A DNA stretch of 64,000 bases from Flavipsychrobacter sp. (GCA_965230595.1 OZ246011.1:2901397-2965396); one strand, 5' to 3'. Counted from the stretch's first letter, positions 1 through 8,487 are shown. Program-made: numbers and translations. The notes: generated from the sequence alone by a model not told the origin.

Positions 1-905
1 GGTAATGCTTTTGCTGCCTCAAAACGAATTTTCTGATTTGCATCATTTAGCCGTCCTATAATATCATTTATACAATCTGTCTGCTGAAATAAAGACGCAA
101 GGCTGATTGAGAAACAAGCAACATTATTATTGTCAGACTTGATGTATTTTTTGAAAGAAGGAATATTGTTTTTGTGATATTTGACGATAGCGTTGTACAT
201 ACCTGTTTGCTGCCACTCGGTGAATGGGTATTGCAATTCGTCAAGTATTGTAAGTGGGTTTTCATCTCTTCTAGCTCTTGCAGCAATCGCAGCATCACGC
301 ACCACCTCAGACTTATCGTTAACAAGTGTAAACATTGTTTCGTGAGCATCTCTTATATGAAGCATAGATAACTCATCAATAGCAATTACTTTCTTTTCTG
401 AATTGCCATTAATTAAAGCACTCATGGCTTCTTTCGCAAAGCCAAGCATCAGATATGTATTTCTAAGTGTGTTTTTTTCGGGTCCAGATATAAAACGATA
501 CAGTTCAAGAATATTCTTTTTTAAAACCATTCTCGACAGTTTGTCTTTCAGGTCTGTCAGATCAAGGCTTAATGTGGTATCTACACGCAACCCAAGCTCT
601 TCGTGTATACTTCCATCGGTACCACTTACAAGTTCAGAAAGGAACATTTGGTACTTCTGGTCTAGGTCATCTACTTTAACCTTTTTTTTGTTTTTAACAT
701 TGCGGCTTATTAGTGTATAAGTGAAAAAAAAGAGTGCTAAAGCAAACAGACCTATTACGATACCAGTGATCCATTGCAATAGCAACTCTTCTGTTACGAT
801 ACCAGTGATATTCTCATCTCTCATATCACTCAGCTTAACAGCCACCTTTGCCAACGAGTTATTACCCGATGTTTGACCTGTTGATATGTTAGCTAAGTAT
901 ATCAC
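1..905 (-). CDS. HEAT-repeat membrane protein, N-terminal part (gene continues past window start)
   Basis: Hand translation of the minus strand (codon tops at 905, 902, ...) has no stop from 905 to nt 1. It is missing from the ORF track because no stop lies in the window. Product starts VIYLANISTGQTSGNNSLAKVAVKLSDMRDENITG, then one TM helix (ITGIVIGLFALALFFFTYTLI), then HEAT/PBS-lyase-like repeats (VRDAAIAARARRDENPL; IRFEAAKAL). The start is either GTG 905 (overlaps the upstream stop as GTGA) or ATG 824. Confidence 0.6.
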   Translation of the reverse strand, partial: MIYLANISTGQTSGNNSLAKVAVKLSDMRDENITGIVTEELLLQWITGIVIGLFALALFFFTYTLISRNVKNKKKVKVDDLDQKYQMFLSELVSGTDGSIHEELGLRVDTTLSLDLTDLKDKLSRMVLKKNILELYRFISGPEKNTLRNTYLMLGFAKEAMSALINGNSEKKVIAIDELSMLHIRDAHETMFTLVNDKSEVVRDAAIAARARRDENPLTILDELQYPFTEWQQTGMYNAIVKYHKNNIPSFKKYIKSDNNNVACFSISLASLFQQTDCINDIIGRLNDANQKIRFEAAKAL

Positions 906-1804
906 TTGTTTTTATCTAATTGAAAATGATAGTAAAGCCCAGTGTTTATTGACATTAGTTGCCTGCTCACAACTTCTGATAAGATTTGCTTTTCTGTAGA
1001 CACGGCAAATTCCATAGAAAAACGAGGCACTACTCTGTAGTTGATACCTCCAGAAATTCTTCTTGAGTTTATAAAGTCTCCGTATGAATTCAGTCTGTCT
1101 GACTGCAGTCCGGCAGAGCCGTTTATGAAAAAGTATCCTTTAGCGTTGGGCAAATAGTTTCTCAGCCACATTACCAGTGCATAGTTTTTATTTGTTTTTG
1201 TATTTATGTGTAAATACTCTGCATACAGGTACAGGTCGCTAAAATACATTCCGGCAGACAGGCGAGCCATGCTTACAGGATTTGACGTAAAATTTATATA
1301 ACTATATCCAGCAGCAAACTCAAAACCTTTCAGCCCAGTATAGTATGCTTTAAAAGATGCCCTGTATTGCGGATATAACTGACCTTGCCCAAATGCCAAA
1401 TCGGCATTAGCATAAAAGCGCTTATTTATAACATAGTATACATCTGTATTTACCTGGTAAGCAGCTAAGCCAAACCTAGATGCTCTAGAGCCTATAAGGC
1501 TATATGATAAGCATCGGTTGCTGTGTTTGAACTGTACAAACTGCTCCGTCCATTTAGTATTATCACTCAGGTAGTCGTTATTGACTCTGTAACCAATAGC
1601 ATCATTGTAGTAAGCTGTCGCCTTAAAAGATAGAAATTGTTTATAGACACCCGCAGTATCAGACAGGTTTTTCCTGATCCACTTATTGGTCTTTGCGTAA
1701 CCCGAATCGGCAAAACAGCTCTCCAGCTTAGTGAAGATGTCGGATGTCTGACCATTACTGGTTAGGACAGTTAAGGACAATATGGTTGTAAGTAGCAATT
1801 TCAT
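902..1804 (-). CDS. Putative outer-membrane beta-barrel protein (possibly YaiO-like)
   Basis: Signal peptide MKLLLTTILSLTVLTSNGQ. Tyr/Gly/Asn-rich with alternating hydrophobic strand pattern throughout and an aromatic C-terminal strand (TGLYYHF). The ATG overlaps the response-regulator stop (TAATG at 1802-1806). The YaiO family name is from memory only. Confidence 0.6.
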   Translation of the reverse strand: MKLLLTTILSLTVLTSNGQTSDIFTKLESCFADSGYAKTNKWIRKNLSDTAGVYKQFLSFKATAYYNDAIGYRVNNDYLSDNTKWTEQFVQFKHSNRCLSYSLIGSRASRFGLAAYQVNTDVYYVINKRFYANADLAFGQGQLYPQYRASFKAYYTGLKGFEFAAGYSYINFTSNPVSMARLSAGMYFSDLYLYAEYLHINTKTNKNYALVMWLRNYLPNAKGYFFINGSAGLQSDRLNSYGDFINSRRISGGINYRVVPRFSMEFAVSTEKQILSEVVSRQLMSINTGLYYHFQLDKNK

Positions 1805-2169
1805 TACGCTATTTTTCTTTGAAATCTATTAATGCGTGCTACTAACTCTGCGGGAAGAAAGGGCTTAGTGATATAGTCGTCAGCACCAAGATCAAAACAT
1901 TTAAGAATATCTTTTTCCATACCTAGTTGAGACAATACGATTATAGGAGTATTTACATCGTCAGTAGAACGAATAAAATGGATCAACTCGGGCCCAGTAA
2001 CAAAGGGCATCAGAATATCTGTCAGCACCAAATCGGGGCTTTCGTTCACATAAAAATCTTTTGCCTGCTGTCCGTCAACAACGCCTATGACCTCATGCCC
2101 TGATTTCTCAAGCTTATATAGGATGCTCTTTAGTATTAAAGGCTGGTCTTCTGCTACTAATATTTTCAT
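1804..2169 (-). CDS. Single-domain response regulator (CheY-like receiver)
   Basis: MKILVAEDQPLIL, phospho-acceptor context DLVLTDILMP, and conserved Lys in DDYITKPF. 121 aa with no output domain. Confidence 0.85.
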   Translation of the reverse strand: MKILVAEDQPLILKSILYKLEKSGHEVIGVVDGQQAKDFYVNESPDLVLTDILMPFVTGPELIHFIRSTDDVNTPIIVLSQLGMEKDILKCFDLGADDYITKPFLPAELVARINRFQRKIA

Positions 2170-2229
2170 TTTGGTATCGTATTTACAAACGAAAGTATTG
2201 TAGATGTAAACTTTAGAAGGCTGATTTTC

Positions 2230-2261
2230 GGAGTTTGGTAGACATTCTTAGGAGTTTGGTA
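2230..2261. promoter_or_regulatory. Direct repeat GGAGTTTGGTA x2 (21-bp register) upstream of the response-regulator operon
   Basis: Identical 11-mers at 2230-2240 and 2251-2261, located 61-92 bp upstream of the ATG at 2169 in an otherwise AT-rich intergenic region. Confidence 0.4.
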
Positions 2262-2426
2262 ATTACTTTCAACTACAGAAAGTATTTTTTCCTTTTGTTT
2301 ATGTGTTTTTGAGGTATGTTTTGTAACAGAAAATCCGATAATGGATATAAAAGAATAGAACTAAATATTAGAAGAGCCCTATAAACAGCGGCTATATATA
2401 ACTAAATATAAATGGATATAACGTAA

Positions 2427-3779
2427 TTACTTCCCTATACAGAACTTAGAAAATATGTAGTCCAACTTATCTTCTGTTGTCACCTGGCCCGTTATTTCAC
2501 CCAGGTAATGCAAGCACCTTCGTACGTCTAGTGCAATCAAGTCGCCGCTAATGTTATTGTCCAACCCTGACTTTATATCTTGTAATGATTGTAAAACTTC
2601 ATTAAGTGATGTGTGATGACGAGCATTTGTAACTATTGTTCCTTCTGTACTTACTGCACCATCAACTACCTTATTGTATAACGCATTTCTTAAATCATCA
2701 ATGTGCTGCTTCTGTTTTGCTGAAATATTTAGTACTTCTTCACCAAGTTCTTTATTAGCAATATCTGTTTTGTTAGCTGCCAGTATATACTTCAAACCTT
2801 CTTTTTCAAAAACTGCTTTTTGCTCTGCTAACATTTCAGGTGTTTCTTCATTGACATCAAATAAATACACAACTATATCAGCACGCTGCATTATATCTTT
2901 ACTACGCTGTACACCCATAGTCTCTACTATATCACTAGTATGCTCTCGTATACCTGCAGTGTCTATTAGTCTGAATAATACCCCATTAATATTCAATGTC
3001 TCTTCTATACTATCACGAGTAGTGCCTGCTATATCACTTACTATTGCACGTTCTTCGTTGAGCAATGCATTTAGCAATGTGCTCTTACCTGCATTAGGCT
3101 TACCGATGATTGCAACACTAACTCCTTTTTTTATCACATTACCTAAACTGAAAGAATTAATAAGCTGTTCAGTTGTGCTTGTCAATAAATTAATCAGTTC
3201 ATAAAACTTGGTTCTATCCGCAAACTCAACATCTTCTTCACTAAAGTCTAACTCAAGTTCCAACAATGCACTGAACTGTATCAGCTGCTCACGAAGCTCT
3301 GTCAGGTCATTACTAAACCCGCCACGAAGATTATGTATAGCAGCTTTGTGAGCAGCACCTGAATGACTGGCTATTAAATCTGCAACAGCCTCTGCCTGGG
3401 TAAGGTCCATCTTATTATTCAAGAAAGCGCGTTGTGTAAACTCACCAGCCTTAGCTATATGAGCACCATGACTTAAACACAAACCCAAGACTCTTTCCAA
3501 AACATACTGCGAACCGTGGCAGCTGATTTCTACTACATCTTCACCAGTATAGCTCTTTGGTCCTTTGTACAATGATGCTACAACTTCATCTACTATCTCT
3601 TCTCCATCTACTATCTTACCAAAGTGTATGGTGTGTGATGGTTGATTAACTAGCTTTTTACCAACAAATATCTCATCTGCTATCGTAATTGCTTTTACAC
3701 CACTCAAACGTATAATTCCTATCGCACCTTCTCCGGGAGGAGTAGCAATAGCAGCTATGGTCTCATTTATTCCGTACAT
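2427..3779 (-). CDS. mnmE: tRNA modification GTPase MnmE (TrmE)
   Basis: N-terminus TIAAIATPPGEGAIGIIRLSG, G-domain [14 protein letters not shown] and DTAGIR, and diagnostic C-terminal CIGK. Confidence 0.95.
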   Translation of the reverse strand: MYGINETIAAIATPPGEGAIGIIRLSGVKAITIADEIFVGKKLVNQPSHTIHFGKIVDGEEIVDEVVASLYKGPKSYTGEDVVEISCHGSQYVLERVLGLCLSHGAHIAKAGEFTQRAFLNNKMDLTQAEAVADLIASHSGAAHKAAIHNLRGGFSNDLTELREQLIQFSALLELELDFSEEDVEFADRTKFYELINLLTSTTEQLINSFSLGNVIKKGVSVAIIGKPNAGKSTLLNALLNEERAIVSDIAGTTRDSIEETLNINGVLFRLIDTAGIREHTSDIVETMGVQRSKDIMQRADIVVYLFDVNEETPEMLAEQKAVFEKEGLKYILAANKTDIANKELGEEVLNISAKQKQHIDDLRNALYNKVVDGAVSTEGTIVTNARHHTSLNEVLQSLQDIKSGLDNNISGDLIALDVRRCLHYLGEITGQVTTEDKLDYIFSKFCIGK

Positions 3780-3786
3780 CAGGTAG

Positions 3787-3794
3787 CAAAATTA
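3787..3794 (-). promoter_or_regulatory. Bacteroidota -7 box (TAATTTTG) for mnmE
   Basis: Plus-strand CAAAATTA reads TAnnTTTG on the minus strand. It ends 7 nt upstream of the mnmE ATG and lies in the 3' end of the upstream GNAT gene. Confidence 0.4.
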
Positions 3795-4310
3795 AGAACT
3801 AAGACGAGAATACTCCTCTTTTGTAATGCGGTATACCCACCACGATTCTTTTTCGTCAGACATCTCTTTCCAAAAAGTCATGCCTATCTTCTCCAGCACG
3901 CGTATAGAAGCTTTGTTCTCTGGGTATAACTGCCCAACAATCTGTTCTAGCCCAAGCTGTTTGAAGCCAAACTCTAAACACACGAGACTTGCTTCAGTTG
4001 CATAGCCATTACCCCAGTATTTGGGTTTCCACCTATAACCGATATCTACTTCATCAATATCGTCTAAGTATTTCAACCCGCACCAGCCTATTATTTCTCC
4101 TGTTTCTTTCAGCTCTGTAGTCCACCTACCATAGCCATATTTTTTGTAATCGGGGTAATTACTGATGCGTTCTCGAGTATCCTCTACTGACTTAGGGATG
4201 AAATCTCCTGTATACTGATACACTTCAGGCTCTGCATCCATTTCAAATATGTCTGCAGCATCAGCCACCACCATTTCTCTTAGTATCAGTCTATCTGTTT
4301 CTAATATCAT
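3792..4310 (-). CDS. GNAT family N-acetyltransferase (RimJ/RimL-like), paralog 1
   Basis: TDRLILREM N-terminus, WCGLKYL...VDIGYRW...WGNGYATEA acetyl-CoA core and [11 protein letters not shown]. Clearly paralogous to 6685-7227. Confidence 0.8.
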   Translation of the reverse strand: MILETDRLILREMVVADAADIFEMDAEPEVYQYTGDFIPKSVEDTRERISNYPDYKKYGYGRWTTELKETGEIIGWCGLKYLDDIDEVDIGYRWKPKYWGNGYATEASLVCLEFGFKQLGLEQIVGQLYPENKASIRVLEKIGMTFWKEMSDEKESWWVYRITKEEYSRLSS

Positions 4311-4402
4311 ATACTAAATCTACTTGCAAGCACAACATTAGGAATATTACAAAATGTGAAACAAGCTAATATATATTATCTTAGACTACCTAATAAGAAA
4401 AC

Positions 4403-5089
4403 ATGAAAATAACCGCTGAAAAATTACATAGCAAACTTACTAAGGAATACGGCATTGTAGGAGAAAAAGGTTCTATCACGTTTACAGTAAAAGATTTAAG
4501 TATTACCATAAAGACTAAAGATACAGTTGGAAATCTTTTACAAGAATGGCTAAAAGCTTGGATGCAAGTAAATAATATCGAATTTGAAGAAAATACTAAC
4601 TCTCAAAGTTTTCCAGATTTTAGGCTCGATATTAACAATTACAAAAAAGAACTCCTTGAAGTAAAATCTTTTGACATTGATAGAGGCCCTGGCTTTGATT
4701 TAGCTAACTTTGATTCATATTGTAACTCCCTAATTGACCATGCATATAGAATTGATTCAGACTATCTGATTATTGCATATCAAATGAAAAATGGCATTAT
4801 AGTAATAAGAAATGTTTGGCTAAAAAAGATATGGGAATTAGCATGTCCAAGTAGTACTTACCCTATTAAAGTCCAAGAAAAGAAAAATGTAATATATAAT
4901 ATTAGACCAAGTATTTGGTACTCTGACAGAACAAAATTCAAACCATTTAACAGCAAAGAAGAATTTCTTTATGCACTGAATGAAACACGGTACCAATATC
5001 CCCAAACTAGACACGGGAATGGCCATTGGTTGAAAAATGTGCTAAAAAACTATCAAGAACATACTGGGGAACTATTAACGGTTTCTTGA
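4403..5089 (+). CDS. Type II restriction endonuclease, PD-(D/E)XK fold (specificity unknown)
   Basis: Motif FPDFRLD...(12 aa)...ELLEVKSF matches PD...(D/E)XK. It is convergent with, and overlaps by 37 bp, the adjacent C5-methyltransferase. The region is visibly AT-richer than its flanks. Confidence 0.6.
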   Translation: MKITAEKLHSKLTKEYGIVGEKGSITFTVKDLSITIKTKDTVGNLLQEWLKAWMQVNNIEFEENTNSQSFPDFRLDINNYKKELLEVKSFDIDRGPGFDLANFDSYCNSLIDHAYRIDSDYLIIAYQMKNGIIVIRNVWLKKIWELACPSSTYPIKVQEKKNVIYNIRPSIWYSDRTKFKPFNSKEEFLYALNETRYQYPQTRHGNGHWLKNVLKNYQEHTGELLTVS

Positions 5090-6408
5090 GATTGAACCTT
5101 ATTGTATACTTCGGCTAGCATACTGGCAACATGCTCAACAACAGGAATAGCTACAGTATTACCCAATAAGTCAAAAGCTTCGTTGATTCTAACAGGAATT
5201 TCATACCATTCAGGGTAGCCAAACAACCTTAACCCTTCTCTTATTGTTAATCTTCTTAAACCCCTTTTGTCAGGAACTACTAATCTTGATATATCAGTTG
5301 CGACTAACGTTGGAGCAATATCATTAGGGTCTAGGATTCTGTTAATTTCAAAACTAAGCTTTCCCGCAACTATATTATAGCCTTTAGGTTTTGTCGTATC
5401 ATATACTCTATATCTTCTCTCTCGTTCACCAACTATTTCTCTTATTAGTGTTTTAGGATGTTCGTACCGTAAATAACCTTTTACAACTAAATCTTCTAAT
5501 AAGGACTCTAAGTTTTTCCTTTTACAAAAGGTTTTAATTTGGCTTAGTGTTAATGGCATTCCATCCATCCAATCAATTCCTATTTGTTCTGCCCAATGTT
5601 TTTTTCGTCTTTCTTTAAATAATTTGTTTAAAATTTCCTTTTGTTCGTTTGAAATAGTTCCTTTTAGACCTATATCCCAACTATGGATATTATTTGCCCC
5701 TCCGCGCTTGTCTTTAATAGACTTACCATATAAATCTTCAATTTTATAGTGCTTGAGAAGCTTTTTAGTAAAATCAGTCTCCATAGTTTTAAGTCCAACT
5801 TCTAAAATACCTTTTAGAGGTTTAAAGACCTTCTTATAATTAGTAAGATTTACGTAGCTATCTTTTGTACCAACGATAAAAACTCTTTTCCTTGATTGTG
5901 GCAACCCGAAGTCAATTGAATCTAACACGTGCCACGATGTTTTATATCCTAATTCATTTTCAAGTTTATGTAAAATAGTTTTTAATGTATTGCCAATACT
6001 GTCATTTTTATTCTCCAAATCATGCTTAACAAGCCCTTCGACATTTTCAAGAATAAAGCCATATGGTGATTTTTCTTTCAATATCCTCTCAATTTCAAAA
6101 AACAATGTGCCTCTAGTATCTAAAAAACCCTGCCTTTTACCCCCTGAACTAAATGGTTGACAAGGAAATCCTCCTAGTAAGAAATCAAAATCAGGTATCT
6201 CATTACTTTGTACATTAAATATATCTCCTACAAAGTACTTATGATGAAAATTCTGCTCTAGTGTTTTTATTGCGTATGGCTTTATTTCAGAGGTCATAAC
6301 GCATTCTGTACTAAAACCAAGCTCTTGAAAAGATTTTTCAAACCCAAGTCTAATACCACCTAGACCAGCAAACAAATCAATAAATCTCACTGTTTTACTA
6401 TTCGACAT
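5053..6408 (-). CDS. DNA (cytosine-5)-methyltransferase
   Basis: Canonical C5-MTase motifs are present: I (FIDLFAGLGG), IV (GGFPCQPFS), VI (ILENVEGL), VIII (QSRKRVFIVG), IX (RRLTIREGLRLFGYP) and X (GNTVAIPV). A long variable region separates motifs VIII and IX. Confidence 0.92.
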   Translation of the reverse strand: MSNSKTVRFIDLFAGLGGIRLGFEKSFQELGFSTECVMTSEIKPYAIKTLEQNFHHKYFVGDIFNVQSNEIPDFDFLLGGFPCQPFSSGGKRQGFLDTRGTLFFEIERILKEKSPYGFILENVEGLVKHDLENKNDSIGNTLKTILHKLENELGYKTSWHVLDSIDFGLPQSRKRVFIVGTKDSYVNLTNYKKVFKPLKGILEVGLKTMETDFTKKLLKHYKIEDLYGKSIKDKRGGANNIHSWDIGLKGTISNEQKEILNKLFKERRKKHWAEQIGIDWMDGMPLTLSQIKTFCKRKNLESLLEDLVVKGYLRYEHPKTLIREIVGERERRYRVYDTTKPKGYNIVAGKLSFEINRILDPNDIAPTLVATDISRLVVPDKRGLRRLTIREGLRLFGYPEWYEIPVRINEAFDLLGNTVAIPVVEHVASMLAEVYNKVQSQETVNSSPVCS

Positions 6409-6673
6409 CTATTTCTTGTTTTAAAGATTTTCTAACCTTATTTAGCTCCGAGTGAATATCTTCTATCTCTATTTTTTTACAACCTATAGCTGATAAACAC
6501 TGTAAAAAAAAGCTAGCACTAAAAGTACCTCTGCTAATTTTACTATCAATACTTGATTTTGTCTCTTTCACACCAATTGTATTAAGTAAAGATACAAGCT
6601 CTATATTCGAGACACCTCTCCTAATTAACTCAGACTTCAACAATAGTTTAGCCTTCACATTCCAATCATGCAT
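6398..6673 (-). CDS. Small putative HTH regulator upstream of the methyltransferase (DUF6471-like, controller candidate)
   Basis: 91 aa from ATG 6673 (MHDWNVKAKLLLKSELIRRGVSNIELVSLLNTIGVKETKSSIDSKISRGTFSASFFLQCLSAIGC). The 3' end overlaps the MTase start by 11 nt. The track start at 6721 is rejected because it overlaps the GNAT gene. The DUF6471 resemblance is from memory of the ISRG.F...FFLQCL.AIGC pattern. Confidence 0.5.
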   Translation of the reverse strand: MHDWNVKAKLLLKSELIRRGVSNIELVSLLNTIGVKETKSSIDSKISRGTFSASFFLQCLSAIGCKKIEIEDIHSELNKVRKSLKQEIDVE

Positions 6674-6684
6674 ATTTGCGATAA

Positions 6685-7227
6685 TTACATCAAAAATGAT
6701 ATTTTTTTTGCACATATGCAAAATCTTTCTTTAAACAATCTATAATACACCCCCGGGTGTTCTTCGAAGTCAAATTCTTTCCAGTAGGTCATTCCTATCT
6801 TCTCCAGCACTCTGCGTGATGCTAAGTTATCGGTCATTGTTCTACCTACTATCAAGTCTATATTGTGTTTAGTAAACCCTACGTCTATTGAAGCTCTACA
6901 AGCTTCTGTTGCATAGCCTTTACCCCAATGTTCTCTTTTGAACCTGTACCCTAGGTCTACCTCATCTACAGATTTGATATATTTCAATCCACACCAGCCT
7001 AGTACTTCATTTGTTTCTTTTAGCACTACCGTCCACCTACCGAAACCTGTCTGCTCATACTCTTTATAGTTTCGTATCAAGTCGGCTGATTCTTCTACTG
7101 TCTTGAACACGTAATCTGCTGTATACTTCATTACTTCTTCATCTAAGTTCAGTTCATAAAAGTCCTGAGCATCTTCTAATGAAAATTCTCTGAGTATTAA
7201 TCTTTCTGTTTCGGCTACCTGCTTCAT
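6685..7227 (-). CDS. GNAT family N-acetyltransferase (RimJ/RimL-like), paralog 2
   Basis: [16 protein letters not shown]...VDLGYRF...WGKGYATEA and [11 protein letters not shown]. The last ~11 codons ([11 protein letters not shown]) extend into the AT-rich R-M promoter region. Confidence 0.8.
   Translation of the reverse strand: MKQVAETERLILREFSLEDAQDFYELNLDEEVMKYTADYVFKTVEESADLIRNYKEYEQTGFGRWTVVLKETNEVLGWCGLKYIKSVDEVDLGYRFKREHWGKGYATEACRASIDVGFTKHNIDLIVGRTMTDNLASRRVLEKIGMTYWKEFDFEEHPGVYYRLFKERFCICAKKISFLM
6706..6723. promoter_or_regulatory. Inverted repeat TTTTGCA-N4-TGCAAAA, candidate operator of the R-M cassette
   Basis: Perfect 7-bp arms at 6706-6712 and 6717-6723 with spacer CATA. Located 33-50 bp upstream of the small HTH gene ATG at 6673. 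Confidence 0.4.
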
Positions 7228-7266
7228 TACCTATGCAATATCCAAAATCATTTGCATTTTTGTGGT

Positions 7267-7719
7267 ATGCGCGTAGTGATACAAAGAGTTTCAGAAGCTA
7301 GTGTAACCATTGATGGTAGTATCAAATCTGCTATTGGTTTAGGATTTATGATACTGCTTGGGATAGAACAGGAAGACCAAGAAGAAGATGCTGATTGGCT
7401 GTGCCAAAAAATAGCCAAACTAAGAGTGTTTGCAGATGAAGAGGGCTTGATGAATAAAGACATTAAAGATGCAGGAGGAGAAGCATTGGTAGTGAGTCAA
7501 TTTACCTTACATGCCGCTTATAAAAAAGGGAACCGCCCCTCCTTTATCAAAGCAGCAAGGCCTGAACAGGCCATACCTTTATATGAATATTTTGTGAAGC
7601 AATTATCCTTACTTATTGGCAAGCAAGTGGCAACAGGTATCTTTGGTGCTGATATGAAAGTGGCTTTAGTGAATGACGGACCTGTAACCATTACAATGGA
7701 TACTAAGAATAAAGAGTAA
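7267..7719 (+). CDS. dtd: D-aminoacyl-tRNA deacylase
   Basis: [13 protein letters not shown]..., SQFTL..., [15 protein letters not shown]. Start moved to ATG 7267, the conserved MRVVIQRV N-terminus. Confidence 0.9.
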   Translation: MRVVIQRVSEASVTIDGSIKSAIGLGFMILLGIEQEDQEEDADWLCQKIAKLRVFADEEGLMNKDIKDAGGEALVVSQFTLHAAYKKGNRPSFIKAARPEQAIPLYEYFVKQLSLLIGKQVATGIFGADMKVALVNDGPVTITMDTKNKE

Positions 7720-7720
7720 C

Positions 7721-8164
7721 ATGATGTTTGACGATACATATTTCATGAAAGAGGCTTTGCGACAAGCGCAAATGGCCTATGATGCTGGTGAAGTACCTGT
7801 AGGTGCAGTGGTGACATGGGACACCAAGATCATATCGCGCGGACATAACCAAACCGAGCAACTTACCGATTGTACTGCTCATGCGGAGATGATCGCCTTA
7901 ACAGCGGCCTTTAATAGCATTGGTAGCAAGTACCTACCCGATGCCACACTCTATGTCACCCTTGAACCTTGCCTGATGTGTTGCGGTGCGTTATACTGGT
8001 CAAAAATTGGCAGGATCGTTTATGGAGCAGCTGACGCTAAAAATGGCTATCAAAAAACTACGGGTGAGAACTGGCCTTTTCATCCTAAAACACAATTGTC
8101 ACATGGCGTATTGTCGGATGAATGCGCTCAATTAATGAAAGATTTTTTTGCAGCAAAAAGATGA
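7721..8164 (+). CDS. tadA: tRNA adenosine(34) deaminase TadA
   Basis: CDA zinc motifs HAEMIAL and PCLMCCGAL; about 147 aa. Confidence 0.9.
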   Translation: MMFDDTYFMKEALRQAQMAYDAGEVPVGAVVTWDTKIISRGHNQTEQLTDCTAHAEMIALTAAFNSIGSKYLPDATLYVTLEPCLMCCGALYWSKIGRIVYGAADAKNGYQKTTGENWPFHPKTQLSHGVLSDECAQLMKDFFAAKR

Positions 8165-8475
8165 TCTATACCTGGCATAAAGCAGACATCTTCATAAATG
8201 ATATGGAGGAAGATATACCACAGGAAACTACCATTGGCGAGAAAACTATTGGTATCTTAAAGAAAGGAGATAAGCTATATGCTTTTGCGGCTACTTGTCC
8301 TCATGCAGGTGCAAGGTTTTGTGACGGCTGGTTGGACGTGAGAGGACATTTGGCCTGCCCACTACATAAGTATAAGTTTGACCCTACCAATGGTCGTAAT
8401 ACCAGCGGTGAAGGATATAAACTAAAAACCTACCCTGTAGAAATAAGAGCAGGTATTGTATATATAGGATTGTAA
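8161..8475 (+). CDS. Small Rieske [2Fe-2S] domain protein (NirD-like)
   Basis: CPHAGARF...CPLHKYKF matches the Rieske CxH...CxxH signature. ATG 8161 overlaps the tadA stop (ATGA). Confidence 0.75.
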   Translation: MIYTWHKADIFINDMEEDIPQETTIGEKTIGILKKGDKLYAFAATCPHAGARFCDGWLDVRGHLACPLHKYKFDPTNGRNTSGEGYKLKTYPVEIRAGIVYIGL

Positions 8476-8487
8476 AAGGAGAAACAT

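Noticed and set aside
68-720. Track ORFs 68-349(-), 174-371(+) and 403-720(+) at the left edge
   Set aside because: All lie inside the long stop-free minus-strand frame (1-905), which encodes a coherent TM plus HEAT-repeat protein. Their own translations are low-complexity Leu/Ser/Phe-rich shadow products.
2674-3204. 176-aa plus-strand ORF
   Set aside because: It is antisense to the well-supported mnmE gene. The product is Ser/Leu/Ile-rich nonsense, typical of a shadow ORF.
6674-6721. Longer start (ATG 6721) for the small HTH-like gene
   Set aside because: It would overlap the 3' end of the GNAT gene by 37 nt and add a Cys/Ile-rich non-conserved extension. ATG 6673 gives the MHDWNVKAK N-terminus consistent with the family pattern.
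4311-6725. R-M island as a bona fide mobile element
   Set aside because: No integrase, transposase, tRNA target or flanking direct or inverted terminal repeats were found by eye. Only compositional atypicality and the paralog-flanked position support horizontal origin, so it is not annotated as a mobile_element.
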